DNA of 59,636 nucleotides, counting the filler, from an uncultured bacterium (GTDB lineage: Bacteria; DAOPZR01), in assembly GCA_964637655.1 (NCBI GenBank). It is 5 parts of 5 records of this genome, joined end to end, with 100 filler letters (N's around TTAATTAATTAA, not from the genome) between each part and the next. Parts side by side here need not be neighbours in the genome. Positions count along the whole stretch, not along the records: positions 36,110 to 47,865 come from CAZWUZ010000104.1; 4 more parts are not named here. The stretch is one strand, 5' to 3'. Position numbers and translations under genes: made by a program. Below, piece after piece: positions 36,010 through 45,011 of the stretch. Position 1 is the first letter of the stretch. Every line of letters starts with the position of its first letter. The notes beneath the pieces are model-generated. The model had not been told where the DNA came from. It saw only the letters and a program-made list of their open reading frames with translations, and did not search any database.

Positions 36010-36109
36010 NNNNNNNNNNNNNNNNNNNNNNNNNNNNNNNNNNNNNNNNNNNNTTAATTAATTAANNNNNNNNNNNNNNNNNNNNNNNNNNNNNNNNNNN
36101 NNNNNNNNN
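36010..36109. other. Artificial contig linker
   Basis: N44-TTAATTAATTAA-N44. Confidence 0.98.
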
Positions 36110-37606
36110 CTGCTCGTCGCCGCCGGCCTCGGGCTCATGCTCGCGGCCACCCTCGGCGGCGCCGCCCTCTTCGTCTTCATGCCGCGCCTCAACAGCGAAC
36201 TGCTGCGCGGCGTGGGGGCGAGCAACATCTACCAGACCGCGCTTCCGGTCTTCCGCATCGGCAACGGCTCGCGCCCGCTCGACTGGCGCCCGGTCATGCG
36301 CGTGCGTACTGACCGTCCCGGCAACTACCGTGGGCAGGCCTTCGTCTTCTATACCGGCATGACCTGGTCGGCCATTGCCTCGACCGGGGCGCGCGAACTC
36401 CGCCCGCAGGAGGGGACGGTGACGGTGCCGCAGCCGGCCAGCGAGGCGTGGCACGGGCGCAGTGCGACGGTGCGTCAGGAGTTCCGCATCCTGCCGGGAT
36501 TCTCCACCAATATCCGCTACGCGCTGCTCGCCCCGCAGGCCGTGCGTACCGACGACGCGGCGCTCAAGGTGCTCCCCGACGGGCAGCTGGCGGCGCTGAT
36601 GCGCACGAACTTCACCTACACGGCGGTATCGCAGGTACCGGTGCTGGTGCCGGGGCGGCGCGGCAGCGCGGAACTGCCGCTGGTGCGGCGGGGCATGTAC
36701 CTGCAGCTGCCGGCCCGCTCGAGCCGGCGCGTCGCGGAACTCGCGCAGCGGGTGGCGGGGACGGCCGGCAGCGACGTGCAGCGCGTGCAGCGCCTGAGCG
36801 ACTGGCTGCAGGAAAACTGCACCTATGACCTGACTGCATCGACCCCGCTCGCCGGCTATGCCGACATGATCGAGTATTTCCTGTTCGAGTCGCGCGCGGG
36901 CTGGTGCGAACACTTTGCCACCGCCCTGGCCGTGCTGTGTCGTCACGCGGGGATGCCGTCGCGCCTGATTACCGGATTCGCACCGGGCGAATACGACCCG
37001 GCCGACCGCTCATGGCTGGTGCGCGCGCTGCACGCGCATGCCTGGACCGAGGTCTGGATCGACGGACAGGGCTGGATGGATTTCGACGCCACCCCCCCGG
37101 GGTCATTCCCCTCCGGGCCGGAATCCTTCCTCGGTGACGAGTCGTGGACGACGACGCTCCCCGCGCGCATCCTCTCGTTCATCGACGCCGACCAGTCGCG
37201 CCTGCAGGGGATGGTACTCGAAGTGGTGCCGGTTCCCGATTTCATTGGCGGCGGCGTGCTGTCGCTCGGCCTGGTGCCGCTGCTGGTGCTCGCCCTGGCG
37301 CTGGTCGCACTGGTGCTGCTGCTGGCCGGCTGGCGGCGGCGTACGGCGGGCGCGGCAGTGCCGCTGCTGGTGAAAAAGATGAACGCGCTGCGCAGTGCGC
37401 TGGTGCAGGCCGGCGCGCGCGATGCTGCCGGCTGGACCGTGCGTGAGTTCGCCGCGCAGGAGGCGCCGGCGGCGCTGCGCGCGGTGTTCGCGGAGTTGCA
37501 GCCGCTGGTGACGGAGTACTACCGCTGCCGCTTCGCGGGTGGCGATGCCGCCGCGGTGCACGCTCTGATGGCAACCCTCACCCGTCTGCAAAATATGCTA
37601 CGATAG
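36110..37606 (+). CDS. TgpA-like membrane transglutaminase domain protein, 5' truncated
   Basis: GWCEHFATA..SRLITGF..HAWTEVW..GWMDFDATP Cys-His-Asp triad. Confidence 0.9.
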   Translation: MLVAAGLGLMLAATLGGAALFVFMPRLNSELLRGVGASNIYQTALPVFRIGNGSRPLDWRPVMRVRTDRPGNYRGQAFVFYTGMTWSAIASTGARELRPQEGTVTVPQPASEAWHGRSATVRQEFRILPGFSTNIRYALLAPQAVRTDDAALKVLPDGQLAALMRTNFTYTAVSQVPVLVPGRRGSAELPLVRRGMYLQLPARSSRRVAELAQRVAGTAGSDVQRVQRLSDWLQENCTYDLTASTPLAGYADMIEYFLFESRAGWCEHFATALAVLCRHAGMPSRLITGFAPGEYDPADRSWLVRALHAHAWTEVWIDGQGWMDFDATPPGSFPSGPESFLGDESWTTTLPARILSFIDADQSRLQGMVLEVVPVPDFIGGGVLSLGLVPLLVLALALVALVLLLAGWRRRTAGAAVPLLVKKMNALRSALVQAGARDAAGWTVREFAAQEAPAALRAVFAELQPLVTEYYRCRFAGGDAAAVHALMATLTRLQNMLR

Positions 37607-37645
37607 AAAACAGGGGACACACTGCTGATTTCCCCCCCGGAGCGG

Positions 37646-38530
37646 ATGATGCGGACGTTCATGCTGGCCGTCCTGATGCTGTTTGCGTGCCTGCCGGCGG
37701 CGGCAGAGACGTTGCCGGTGTCTGCTGCCGATACGCTGACTGTCGAATTCCTCGATGTCGGGCAGGCGGACGCCATCCTCATCACCATGCCGCATGGCGG
37801 GCGCTACCTGGTCGATGCCGGGGTACGCGATACGCAGGTGCTGGCACTGCTGCAGGCGCGCGGCATCACGCATCTCGACGGTATGCTGCTGACCCACCCG
37901 CACACCGACCATTGCGGCGGCATGCCCGCCATCCTGCGCACCCTCACGGTAGACACGTTCTACGAGAGCGGCAAACTGCACACCGCGCCATCATACCGTG
38001 ACACGCTGCGCGCGGCACTGGAAAGCGGTGCCGGTTACGCGACGGTGCGGCGCGGCGACACGCTGGCGTGGGACCCGGACGTGCTCATCGAGGTGCTGCA
38101 TCCCGACACGCCGGCCTATCGCGACATCAACACCAATTCGGTGGTACTGCGCCTGACCTGTCGCGGCACGCGCGTGTTGCTGACGGGTGACGCGACGAAA
38201 CGCAGCGAGGAGATCATGCTCGCGGCACTGCCGGCGAAGATGCTGCGCGCCGATGTACTGAAGGTCGCGCATCACGGGTCGCGCGGTTCGAACACCGCGG
38301 TCTTTCTCGCGGCGGTGGCCCCGGACACGTATGTCATCATGTGTGCGCGGGAGAACAGCTACGGGCATCCGCACCCGCAGACGCTGGAACGGCTCACGGC
38401 GCAGGGGGGCGCGGTCTTCAGCACTGCGCTTGACGGCACGGTGATGCTGATGATTGGCGACACGGTTGCGATTGCCGGCGAACGCCTGCGCGCGGTGCCG
38501 GCGGCGGAGGTGCCGCATGCGACTGAGTAA
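37646..38530 (+). CDS. ComEC/Rec2-type secreted metallo-beta-lactamase fold hydrolase
   Basis: FLDVGQAD, THPHTDHCGG, LLTGDA, KVAHHGS, YGHPH. Confidence 0.9.
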   Translation: MMRTFMLAVLMLFACLPAAAETLPVSAADTLTVEFLDVGQADAILITMPHGGRYLVDAGVRDTQVLALLQARGITHLDGMLLTHPHTDHCGGMPAILRTLTVDTFYESGKLHTAPSYRDTLRAALESGAGYATVRRGDTLAWDPDVLIEVLHPDTPAYRDINTNSVVLRLTCRGTRVLLTGDATKRSEEIMLAALPAKMLRADVLKVAHHGSRGSNTAVFLAAVAPDTYVIMCARENSYGHPHPQTLERLTAQGGAVFSTALDGTVMLMIGDTVAIAGERLRAVPAAEVPHATE

Positions 38531-39533
38531 GGTGGCGTTGCAGGACGCGGTCGGGATGCTGCTGCCGCACGACATCACAAAAATCGTCCCCGGAAAGTAC
38601 AAGGGCGCGCGGTTCCGCAAAGGGCACGTGGTCACGCGCGCGGATATTCCCGAACTGCTGAAACTCGGCAAGGAGCATCTCTGGGTGCTGCGGCTGGCAG
38701 CGACAGAATTGCACGAGGATGATGCGGCGCGCGCGTTTGCGAAACTGGCGGGAAAGCATGTCGGCGTGCGCGGACCGCGCGAGGGGAAACTGACGTTCAG
38801 TGCGCAGGTCGACGGACTGCTGCGTGTTTCCGCACCGGCAGTGGCGCGCATCAACCGCGTTCCCGACGTTGTTTTTGCCACACGTCACGACGCTGTTCCG
38901 GTGCGCGCGGGCGAGGAGGTGGCGGGCATCCGCATCGTCCCGCTGGCGACGACCAAAGCGCGCGTGCGTCGCGCCCTGCGCGCCGCCGCGGTGCCGCCGC
39001 TGCAGGTGCTGCCGTTCCGGAAACTGAAGGTCGGGCTGGTGGTAACCGGCAGCGAGGTGGCGAAAGGGCGCATACGCGACCGTTTCCGCCCGGTTATCGA
39101 ACAGAAAATGCGCGCACACGGCTCGCGCGTGACGACCGCAGCAGTGGTCACCGACGACCGCGCGCTGATCGCCGCCGCTGTCCGCCGCGCGTTGCGCCGT
39201 TGCGACCTGGTCATCGTCACCGGCGGCATGTCGGTCGATCCCGACGATGTCACGCGTCATGCCATCCGCGACGCGGGAGCGAAACTCGAGCGCTACGGTA
39301 TCCCGGTGCTTCCGGGCAACATGCTGCTGCTCGCCTATGCCGGGAAGAAGCCGGTGGTCGGGGTGCCTGCCTGCGGCATCTTCCACATGACCACATCGTT
39401 TGACCTCGTGCTGCCGCGCCTGCTGGCCGGCCTGCGGGTCACTTCGGCGGAAATGCAGGATATGGGCTATGGCGGCTACTGCCTGCACTGCCGGCGCTGC
39501 GTCTATCCCGCCTGCCCGCTGGGAAAACGCTGA
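38517..39533 (+). CDS. Molybdopterin-binding (MoeA/MoCF-domain) protein
   Basis: HDITKIVPG..LHEDDAA, VTGSEV, TGGMSVDPDDVT, VLPGNM, C-terminal CLHC..C..CP. Confidence 0.85.
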   Translation: MRLSKVALQDAVGMLLPHDITKIVPGKYKGARFRKGHVVTRADIPELLKLGKEHLWVLRLAATELHEDDAARAFAKLAGKHVGVRGPREGKLTFSAQVDGLLRVSAPAVARINRVPDVVFATRHDAVPVRAGEEVAGIRIVPLATTKARVRRALRAAAVPPLQVLPFRKLKVGLVVTGSEVAKGRIRDRFRPVIEQKMRAHGSRVTTAAVVTDDRALIAAAVRRALRRCDLVIVTGGMSVDPDDVTRHAIRDAGAKLERYGIPVLPGNMLLLAYAGKKPVVGVPACGIFHMTTSFDLVLPRLLAGLRVTSAEMQDMGYGGYCLHCRRCVYPACPLGKR

Positions 39534-39648
39534 TACAGCATTCTGTCGCGCAAAATGATGTGCCGAAATTGAAATGATGTGCGGCGGTTTCTGGTATAAT
39601 AGAGTAACCCACAGGCAGCACCATCGCACGGAAGCGAGGTGAGCACGG

Positions 39649-40071
39649 ATGCCCGGTATCGGACCCCTCACACCTTCATCAGCGCCTGAACGGATAACGT
39701 ACACGGCTCCTGCCTCCGCGCCGGAAACGGCGCAGGCGAGCGGCTGCGAAACCTGCAAAAACCGCACGTATCAGGACGGCTCGAACGATCCGGGCGTGTC
39801 GTTCAAAACCCCGACGCACGTCGCGCCCGAGCAGGCGGCGTCCGCCGTCGCCGGGCATGAACGCGAGCATGTGGTGCGCGAGCAGGGAAAGGCGGAACGT
39901 TCCGGCCGCGAAGTTGTTTCGCAGTCAGTGCAACTCCACTCCTCGGTCTGTCCCGAGTGCGGACGCGCCTACATCTCCGGCGGCACGACGCGCACGGTGA
40001 CGCGCGAGAAGCAGCAGGATGCCGCCCCCGCCCCCGGCGAACCGGGGCAGATTCTTGACCGCTACCGGTAA
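39649..40071 (+). CDS. Conserved hypothetical protein with two CxxC motifs and HEREH (SprA-related-like)
   Basis: CETCKNRTYQDGSND..HEREHV..CPECG..SGG; SD GAGGTG; upstream TGGTATAAT. Confidence 0.7.
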   Translation: MPGIGPLTPSSAPERITYTAPASAPETAQASGCETCKNRTYQDGSNDPGVSFKTPTHVAPEQAASAVAGHEREHVVREQGKAERSGREVVSQSVQLHSSVCPECGRAYISGGTTRTVTREKQQDAAPAPGEPGQILDRYR

Positions 40072-41072
40072 ATGCCGATGCTGTCGCGCCAGTGGCGCAG
40101 CGTGAGCGTGACCACGCCACCGTCGCTGCGGTAATAGGCGCGCAGTGCCTGCACGTCCGGCACAAGCAGTTCGCGGGTGTAACGCGCCCACGCCGCCGGT
40201 GGCAGGAACGCATACGCGGCGAGGTAGCGTGCCGGTGCCGTACGCGGCCCGTGCCAGAGCAGGGAGAAGAGGCAGGGCCAGAGCGGCGACTGATGTCGCT
40301 GCACCGCGTCGGCCAGCGGCGCGGGGAGCGTGACGCCCGTGAGGCGCGCATACCACCAGAGCCCGAAGGCAATGGCACCCTGCCATGCTGCCGGCGCCTG
40401 TGCATAGAGCGCTGCCCGCGCCTGCGGGTAGCGCGCCCACCAGAGATGGAAATCGCGCCACCATTTCAGCCCGCGTAGCCCGTGATGCAGCAGGTGATGC
40501 ACGAGCATGACCATCCCGGCGCCAGCTGGTGACAGCACCTGCAGCCGGGCAAAGCCGGGGAGCGGTTCCGCCAGTCGCTGCACGTCGACGCCGGCATTGA
40601 ACCGGGCGCGCGTCCCGAGCCGCTCGCTGCAGATTACCTCCGTGTGCAGGTCAAGCGGAAGCAGCAGCGGTGCCGCCGGGCAATGCCAGTAGTTGTCGTA
40701 CCCGGCGAGTTGCTGCCAGCCCTGCCGCCGCAGCCGGGCGGTGAGTGCGGCCGCCTGCGGTGGTGTCAGCAGCAGGTCGATATCGGAGAGTCGCCGCTCG
40801 CCTTCGTGCCCGGCGTAAAGGTCGAAGAGCGCGGCGCTCCCCTTGAGCAGCGTGGCGGGGGCGTCGAGCAGGGTGTCGAGTTCGCGCAGTTGCGTGTGCA
40901 GTGCCAGCGCGCGTGCCGCCTGCTCGCGCCGCGCCTGCGCCACCGCGGGGTGCTCCGGAAACGGAAGCGCACTCAGCACCTGTTCCGCCGCCGCCTGCGC
41001 GAGGAGCGCCTCGTCCGGAACGTCCCATGCTGCCGGCCGCGTGCCGAGCAGCAGCCCGCTCAGCCGTTCCAT
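40062..41072 (-). CDS. Nucleotidyltransferase (NTP_transf_5 type)
   Basis: LLKGSA..LY..GERRLSDIDLLL..DLH..LKWWRD. Confidence 0.85.
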   Translation of the reverse strand: MERLSGLLLGTRPAAWDVPDEALLAQAAAEQVLSALPFPEHPAVAQARREQAARALALHTQLRELDTLLDAPATLLKGSAALFDLYAGHEGERRLSDIDLLLTPPQAAALTARLRRQGWQQLAGYDNYWHCPAAPLLLPLDLHTEVICSERLGTRARFNAGVDVQRLAEPLPGFARLQVLSPAGAGMVMLVHHLLHHGLRGLKWWRDFHLWWARYPQARAALYAQAPAAWQGAIAFGLWWYARLTGVTLPAPLADAVQRHQSPLWPCLFSLLWHGPRTAPARYLAAYAFLPPAAWARYTRELLVPDVQALRAYYRSDGGVVTLTLRHWRDSIGIYR

Positions 41073-41100
41073 TGACAGCGTCCGCGCGGTAGCATAAGAT
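41072..41100 (+). promoter_or_regulatory. sigma70 promoter of the PqqD gene (probably leaderless)
   Basis: TTGACA-N17-TAAGAT, 7 nt before ATG 41108. Confidence 0.65.
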
Positions 41101-41107
41101 TGGGAGT

Positions 41108-41380
41108 ATGAAGAACGGGACGCTTGCGGTACCGCGCAACGATGTCGCCTGGCGCCGTGTCGGTGACGAGGTGCTTATCCTGCACCTGCGCAGCGGTTAT
41201 TACTACTCGCTCAATGCCACGGGCGCGCGTCTCTTCGAGGAACTGGCCGCGGGGCAGGATGCCGCGGCGGCGGTGCGCACGGTTGTGCGCGAGTTTGCTG
41301 TCGACGCAGGGCGGGCGCAGCGCGATTGTGACGCGCTGGTCGCCGACCTGCGCGCGGAAGCAATCCTCGTTCCCGCCTGA
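41108..41380 (+). CDS. PqqD-family RiPP recognition element (RRE)
   Basis: VAWRRVGDEVLILHLRSGYYYSLNATGARLFE..EFAVD..DCDALVADL; 90 aa. Confidence 0.92.
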   Translation: MKNGTLAVPRNDVAWRRVGDEVLILHLRSGYYYSLNATGARLFEELAAGQDAAAAVRTVVREFAVDAGRAQRDCDALVADLRAEAILVPA

Positions 41381-41438
41381 TTCTCTCCGTGCCCGCATAC
41401 GCCGCATTCTACGTCACCTTTCCGACGGGCGTCAAACC

Positions 41439-42209
41439 ATGAACTATGCCGCTGCCGTCGGGCCGTTTACTGCCGCCATCACCACCCCGCTCGACCTGCC
41501 GCTGCCCGCAGCCGCTGCGCCCGCCGGCCTGCAGGTCGACTGGCAGGTGCAGGCGCCGCCGCGCGCGGCTGACGACCGCATGCAGGTGACCGTCGACGGC
41601 GGCCGTTGCACGGTCTGCCTGTGCGGGGTTGCCGAATTCACCTGGGACGACGGCGCGGACACCGTGGCCGGCACGTTTTGCGGCGAGACGGAGCGCTGGC
41701 GAACGGAACACCTGCGTGACATGCTGCTGCTGCCGGCGCTCGAAGCCGTGTTGCTGGCGCGCGGGGTGCTCACGTTGCATGCCGCGGCGGTTATGCGCGG
41801 CGATGCGCTCGCGCTCTGTCTCGGTCCGTCGGGTGCGGGCAAGAGTACGCTGGCGGAGATGCTCGCCGCGCGGGGTGGCACGCTCTTCAGCGACGACCGC
41901 GTCATCCTGCATGGCAACCGCCTCTATGCCTGGCCTGCCGGCACCGTGCGGGAAGTGCCGCCGCGCCTGCTGCTGCTGCAGGCCGTATATGAGCCGCAGG
42001 CTGCCGCATCATGCGTGCAGCCGCTGGCGCCTGCCGTCGCGGGCGCAGCGGCGCTTGCCGCCACCCGCTGGGCCGGCGCCCCGGGCGCCGCCGCGCTTCC
42101 CGGCTTTGCCGCCGCCACCGCGCGCCTGCTCGAACTGGTCGCTGCAGCGCGCGCACGGCGTGTGGTCATGCGCGACCGCGACCATGCGTTCCTCTCCGAC
42201 ATATGGTGA
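41439..42209 (+). CDS. HPr-kinase-related P-loop kinase
   Basis: LHAAAV..LGPSGAGKSTLA..LFSDD. Confidence 0.82.
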   Translation: MNYAAAVGPFTAAITTPLDLPLPAAAAPAGLQVDWQVQAPPRAADDRMQVTVDGGRCTVCLCGVAEFTWDDGADTVAGTFCGETERWRTEHLRDMLLLPALEAVLLARGVLTLHAAAVMRGDALALCLGPSGAGKSTLAEMLAARGGTLFSDDRVILHGNRLYAWPAGTVREVPPRLLLLQAVYEPQAAASCVQPLAPAVAGAAALAATRWAGAPGAAALPGFAAATARLLELVAAARARRVVMRDRDHAFLSDIW

Positions 42210-42267
42210 CGCACACCGATTGCTGTATCGTTGTTGCTGAGCTCTCCCCCGCTTGTACGGTGTGCGC

Positions 42268-43491
42268 ATGGTAGCCGCGGCGGTTATCATCTTTGTCGCC
42301 ACGTATGCCGGGGTCGCTCTGGGCCATGCGCCCCGCCTCGCGCTCGACCGCACGGGTATCGCGCTGCTGGGCGCCATCGCCATGGTCGCCGCCGGCGTGC
42401 TTACCACTGCCGGGGCCGTCGCCGCCATCGACTTCCCCACCATCCTGCTCCTCTACGGCCTGATGGTCGTCTCGTCGCAGTTCCGGCTGGCCGGGTTCTA
42501 TACCCTCGTGGCGCTGCGCCTCGCTGCGCTCATTGCCCGCCCGCGGCTCTTTCTGGCCGCACTCATTGCGGTGACAGCACTGCTCTCTGCCCTGCTCACC
42601 AACGATATCGTCTGCCTCGCCTTCACCCCGGTACTGACCGTGGCGCTGCTGCGCGCGCGGCGCGACCCCGTTCCCTACCTGCTCGCGCTCGCCTGTGCCA
42701 GCAATATCGGCTCGGCGGCGACTATCATCGGCAATCCGCAGAACATGCTCATCGGGCAGGTCGGACGCCTCGCCTTCGGCCCCTTCCTGCTCTGGTGCCT
42801 CCCACCCGTCATCCTCGCGCTGCTGCTGCTCTATGTGCTGGTCGCACGTCTCTGCCGTGCCCGTCTCACGGCGGTGCTGCCGGCCGCCCCGGCGCCGGCG
42901 GCTGGCGACTGGCCCGCCTACGACGCGCATCAGGCGCACAAGGGACTTATCGGGCTGGTGGTGCTCATCGGACTGTTCTTCAGCCCGCTGCCGCGCGAAC
43001 TCTCCGCGCTGGCGGTGGCCGGCATCTTTCTCTGCAGCCGCTTCATCCGCACCCGCGCCATACTCGGGTTTGTCGACTGGCACCTGATCACCCTGTTTTG
43101 CGGATTGTTTGTCGTGGTCGGCGGTTTCCTGCATACCGGGTACCCGGACGCGGCGGTGCTCTGGCTGCGGCAGCATGGCCTGCCGCTTGCCGACGGCACA
43201 CTGCTCACGCTCGTCGCCGTGCTGCTCAGTAATATCGTCAGCAATGTGCCGGCAGTGATGATGCTGGTGAAATTCCTCGACCCGCTCCTGCCGCAGTCGT
43301 GGTACGTGCTCGCGCTCGCGTCGACCTTTGCCGGCAATCTCTTTACCATCGGCAGCATCGCCAACCTCATCGTCATCGAGCAGGCGCGTCTGCTGGGCGT
43401 GCCCATCACGTTCCGGGCGCACCTGCGTATCGGCCTCCCCGTCACCCTCGCCTCGCTCGCCGTGCTGCTGCTCTGGTTGCGGCTCGCCTGA
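42268..43491 (+). CDS. ArsB/NhaD/CitMHS-superfamily anion permease
   Basis: LDRTGIALLGA, LLTND, SNIGSAATIIGNPQN, SNVPA, AGNLFTIGSIAN. Confidence 0.9.
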   Translation: MVAAAVIIFVATYAGVALGHAPRLALDRTGIALLGAIAMVAAGVLTTAGAVAAIDFPTILLLYGLMVVSSQFRLAGFYTLVALRLAALIARPRLFLAALIAVTALLSALLTNDIVCLAFTPVLTVALLRARRDPVPYLLALACASNIGSAATIIGNPQNMLIGQVGRLAFGPFLLWCLPPVILALLLLYVLVARLCRARLTAVLPAAPAPAAGDWPAYDAHQAHKGLIGLVVLIGLFFSPLPRELSALAVAGIFLCSRFIRTRAILGFVDWHLITLFCGLFVVVGGFLHTGYPDAAVLWLRQHGLPLADGTLLTLVAVLLSNIVSNVPAVMMLVKFLDPLLPQSWYVLALASTFAGNLFTIGSIANLIVIEQARLLGVPITFRAHLRIGLPVTLASLAVLLLWLRLA

Positions 43492-43567
43492 CCGCCCCGG
43501 GTGCTGGTTTGCCCGGCTGCCCGGGCATGCTATAATCCGCGTATCACGTCTGCGGAGGAGAAACTCC

Positions 43568-44185
43568 ATGCGCCGTTTCCTGTTCCCGTTGCTGCTGCTC
43601 ACCGTCCTGCTGTCACTTGCCGGCTGCGCGGCGACCGACTGTTGCGTCACCACCGCCCGCCCGGAGTGGCTGCCGGCCGGTATCCAGCGCGCCGGGTTCG
43701 ATATCGACGACACGCTGCTCTTTTCCACCCCCGCCTTCGACGCGGCGCGGGCAAAGTACCAGTTCGGCAGCGATTCGTTCTGGGCCGAGGTCAACGGTCA
43801 CGACCGCGATTATTCCATCGTCAAGCAGAAGGCGCTGGAGATTGTCCGCGCCCTGCAAACCGAGGGGGTGACCGTTTACGCCATCACCGCCCGCCCGCCC
43901 ACCGGCGGCGCGCCCGTGGGTGCATTCCTGCAGGAGGCCATGGGGATCCCGGCGGAAAATGTCTTCTTCGAGCCGCGCGGCAAGGTGGAACGCATCCGCG
44001 CGCTGCGCCTCGACGTCTTTTATGGCGACAGCGACTCGGACATTACCGACGCGCAGGAGGCGGGGGTGCGCGGCATCCGTTTCCAGCGCTCGCCCCGTTC
44101 GTCCTACCGCAACAGCGACGGTACGCTCGCCAAGTATCACCCCGGTGAGTACGGGGAAACCGTCATCCCGGACTCGGAGAACTGA
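43568..44185 (+). CDS. aphA: Class B acid phosphatase (HAD), lipoprotein
   Basis: GFDIDDTLLFS, FYGDSDSDI, RGIRFQRSPRSSY; lipobox LAGC. Confidence 0.85.
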   Translation: MRRFLFPLLLLTVLLSLAGCAATDCCVTTARPEWLPAGIQRAGFDIDDTLLFSTPAFDAARAKYQFGSDSFWAEVNGHDRDYSIVKQKALEIVRALQTEGVTVYAITARPPTGGAPVGAFLQEAMGIPAENVFFEPRGKVERIRALRLDVFYGDSDSDITDAQEAGVRGIRFQRSPRSSYRNSDGTLAKYHPGEYGETVIPDSEN

Positions 44186-44186
44186 C

Positions 44187-45011
44187 ATGCGCTGCGCCGT
44201 CGTCGTCCGCACCGGCCTGGCCCGCACCGACGAGGTGCGCGGGGTTATCGCGGCGCTGCGCCAGGGTTGTGACGAACTGATCCTCCCTGCGGGCTGGGAG
44301 GAGGCGGGCTGCGATACCTGGCGCGAGGTGCTGCCGGACGTCGACCTGGTCGCCTCGGTCGGCGGCGACGGGACGCTGCTGATTGCGGTGCACCTGCTCG
44401 CCGGGCGCGATATCCCGGTCTTCGGCATCAATCTCGGGCGGCTTGGCTTCCTCACCGAGATCAACCCGGCCGAAGTGGCGGACGAACTCGCCCGTTTCCG
44501 CCGCGGTGAAGCCAAGGTGGAGCAGCGCATGATGCTGCAGGCGCAGTGGCCGGGCGAAGAGCAGCCGGTGATGGTGCTCAACGAGGTGGCGGTGCTCTCC
44601 GACGACTACCCCTCGCTGCTGGCGCTGCAGACCTTCATCGACGGCGAGGAACTGAGCCATGTGCGCGGTGACGGGCTGGTTATCGCCACGCCGACGGGCT
44701 CGACGGCGCACTCGCTTTCCGCCGGCGGCTCCATCATCGAGCCGTCGCTCGAGGCAATGCTCGTCACCCCGGTCTGTCCGCACACCTTCTCGCTCCGCCC
44801 GCTGGCCGTCACCGACGACCATGTCATCGGGGTCAGCGTGGCCGATCCGTCACCGGGCGCGCTGCTGCGCTGCGACGGGCGCGTGCGCGGCCGCCTGCGG
44901 CGCGACGAGACCCTGACCGTGCGCCGCGCCCTCTGTCCGGTGCGCCTCGTGCTCAGCGGCCGCCGCTCCTACTTCAGCGTGCTCAAGCAGAAACTCGGTT
45001 GGGGCGCCTGA
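44187..45011 (+). CDS. nadK: NAD kinase
   Basis: GGDGTLL, GINLGRLGFL, LNE, DGLVIATPTGSTAHSLSAGG; upstream of recN. Confidence 0.95.
   Translation: MRCAVVVRTGLARTDEVRGVIAALRQGCDELILPAGWEEAGCDTWREVLPDVDLVASVGGDGTLLIAVHLLAGRDIPVFGINLGRLGFLTEINPAEVADELARFRRGEAKVEQRMMLQAQWPGEEQPVMVLNEVAVLSDDYPSLLALQTFIDGEELSHVRGDGLVIATPTGSTAHSLSAGGSIIEPSLEAMLVTPVCPHTFSLRPLAVTDDHVIGVSVADPSPGALLRCDGRVRGRLRRDETLTVRRALCPVRLVLSGRRSYFSVLKQKLGWGA

Noticed and set aside
36110..37606. Transglutaminase as the lasso B2 protease for the PqqD locus
   Set aside because: It is a large membrane-bound TgpA-type protein three genes away, not a small B2 protein.
1012..39603. Shared TGGTATAATAGA upstream of the flagellar gene and the HEREH gene as a special regulon motif
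   Set aside because: It is mostly the extended sigma70 -10 consensus; two instances are insufficient.
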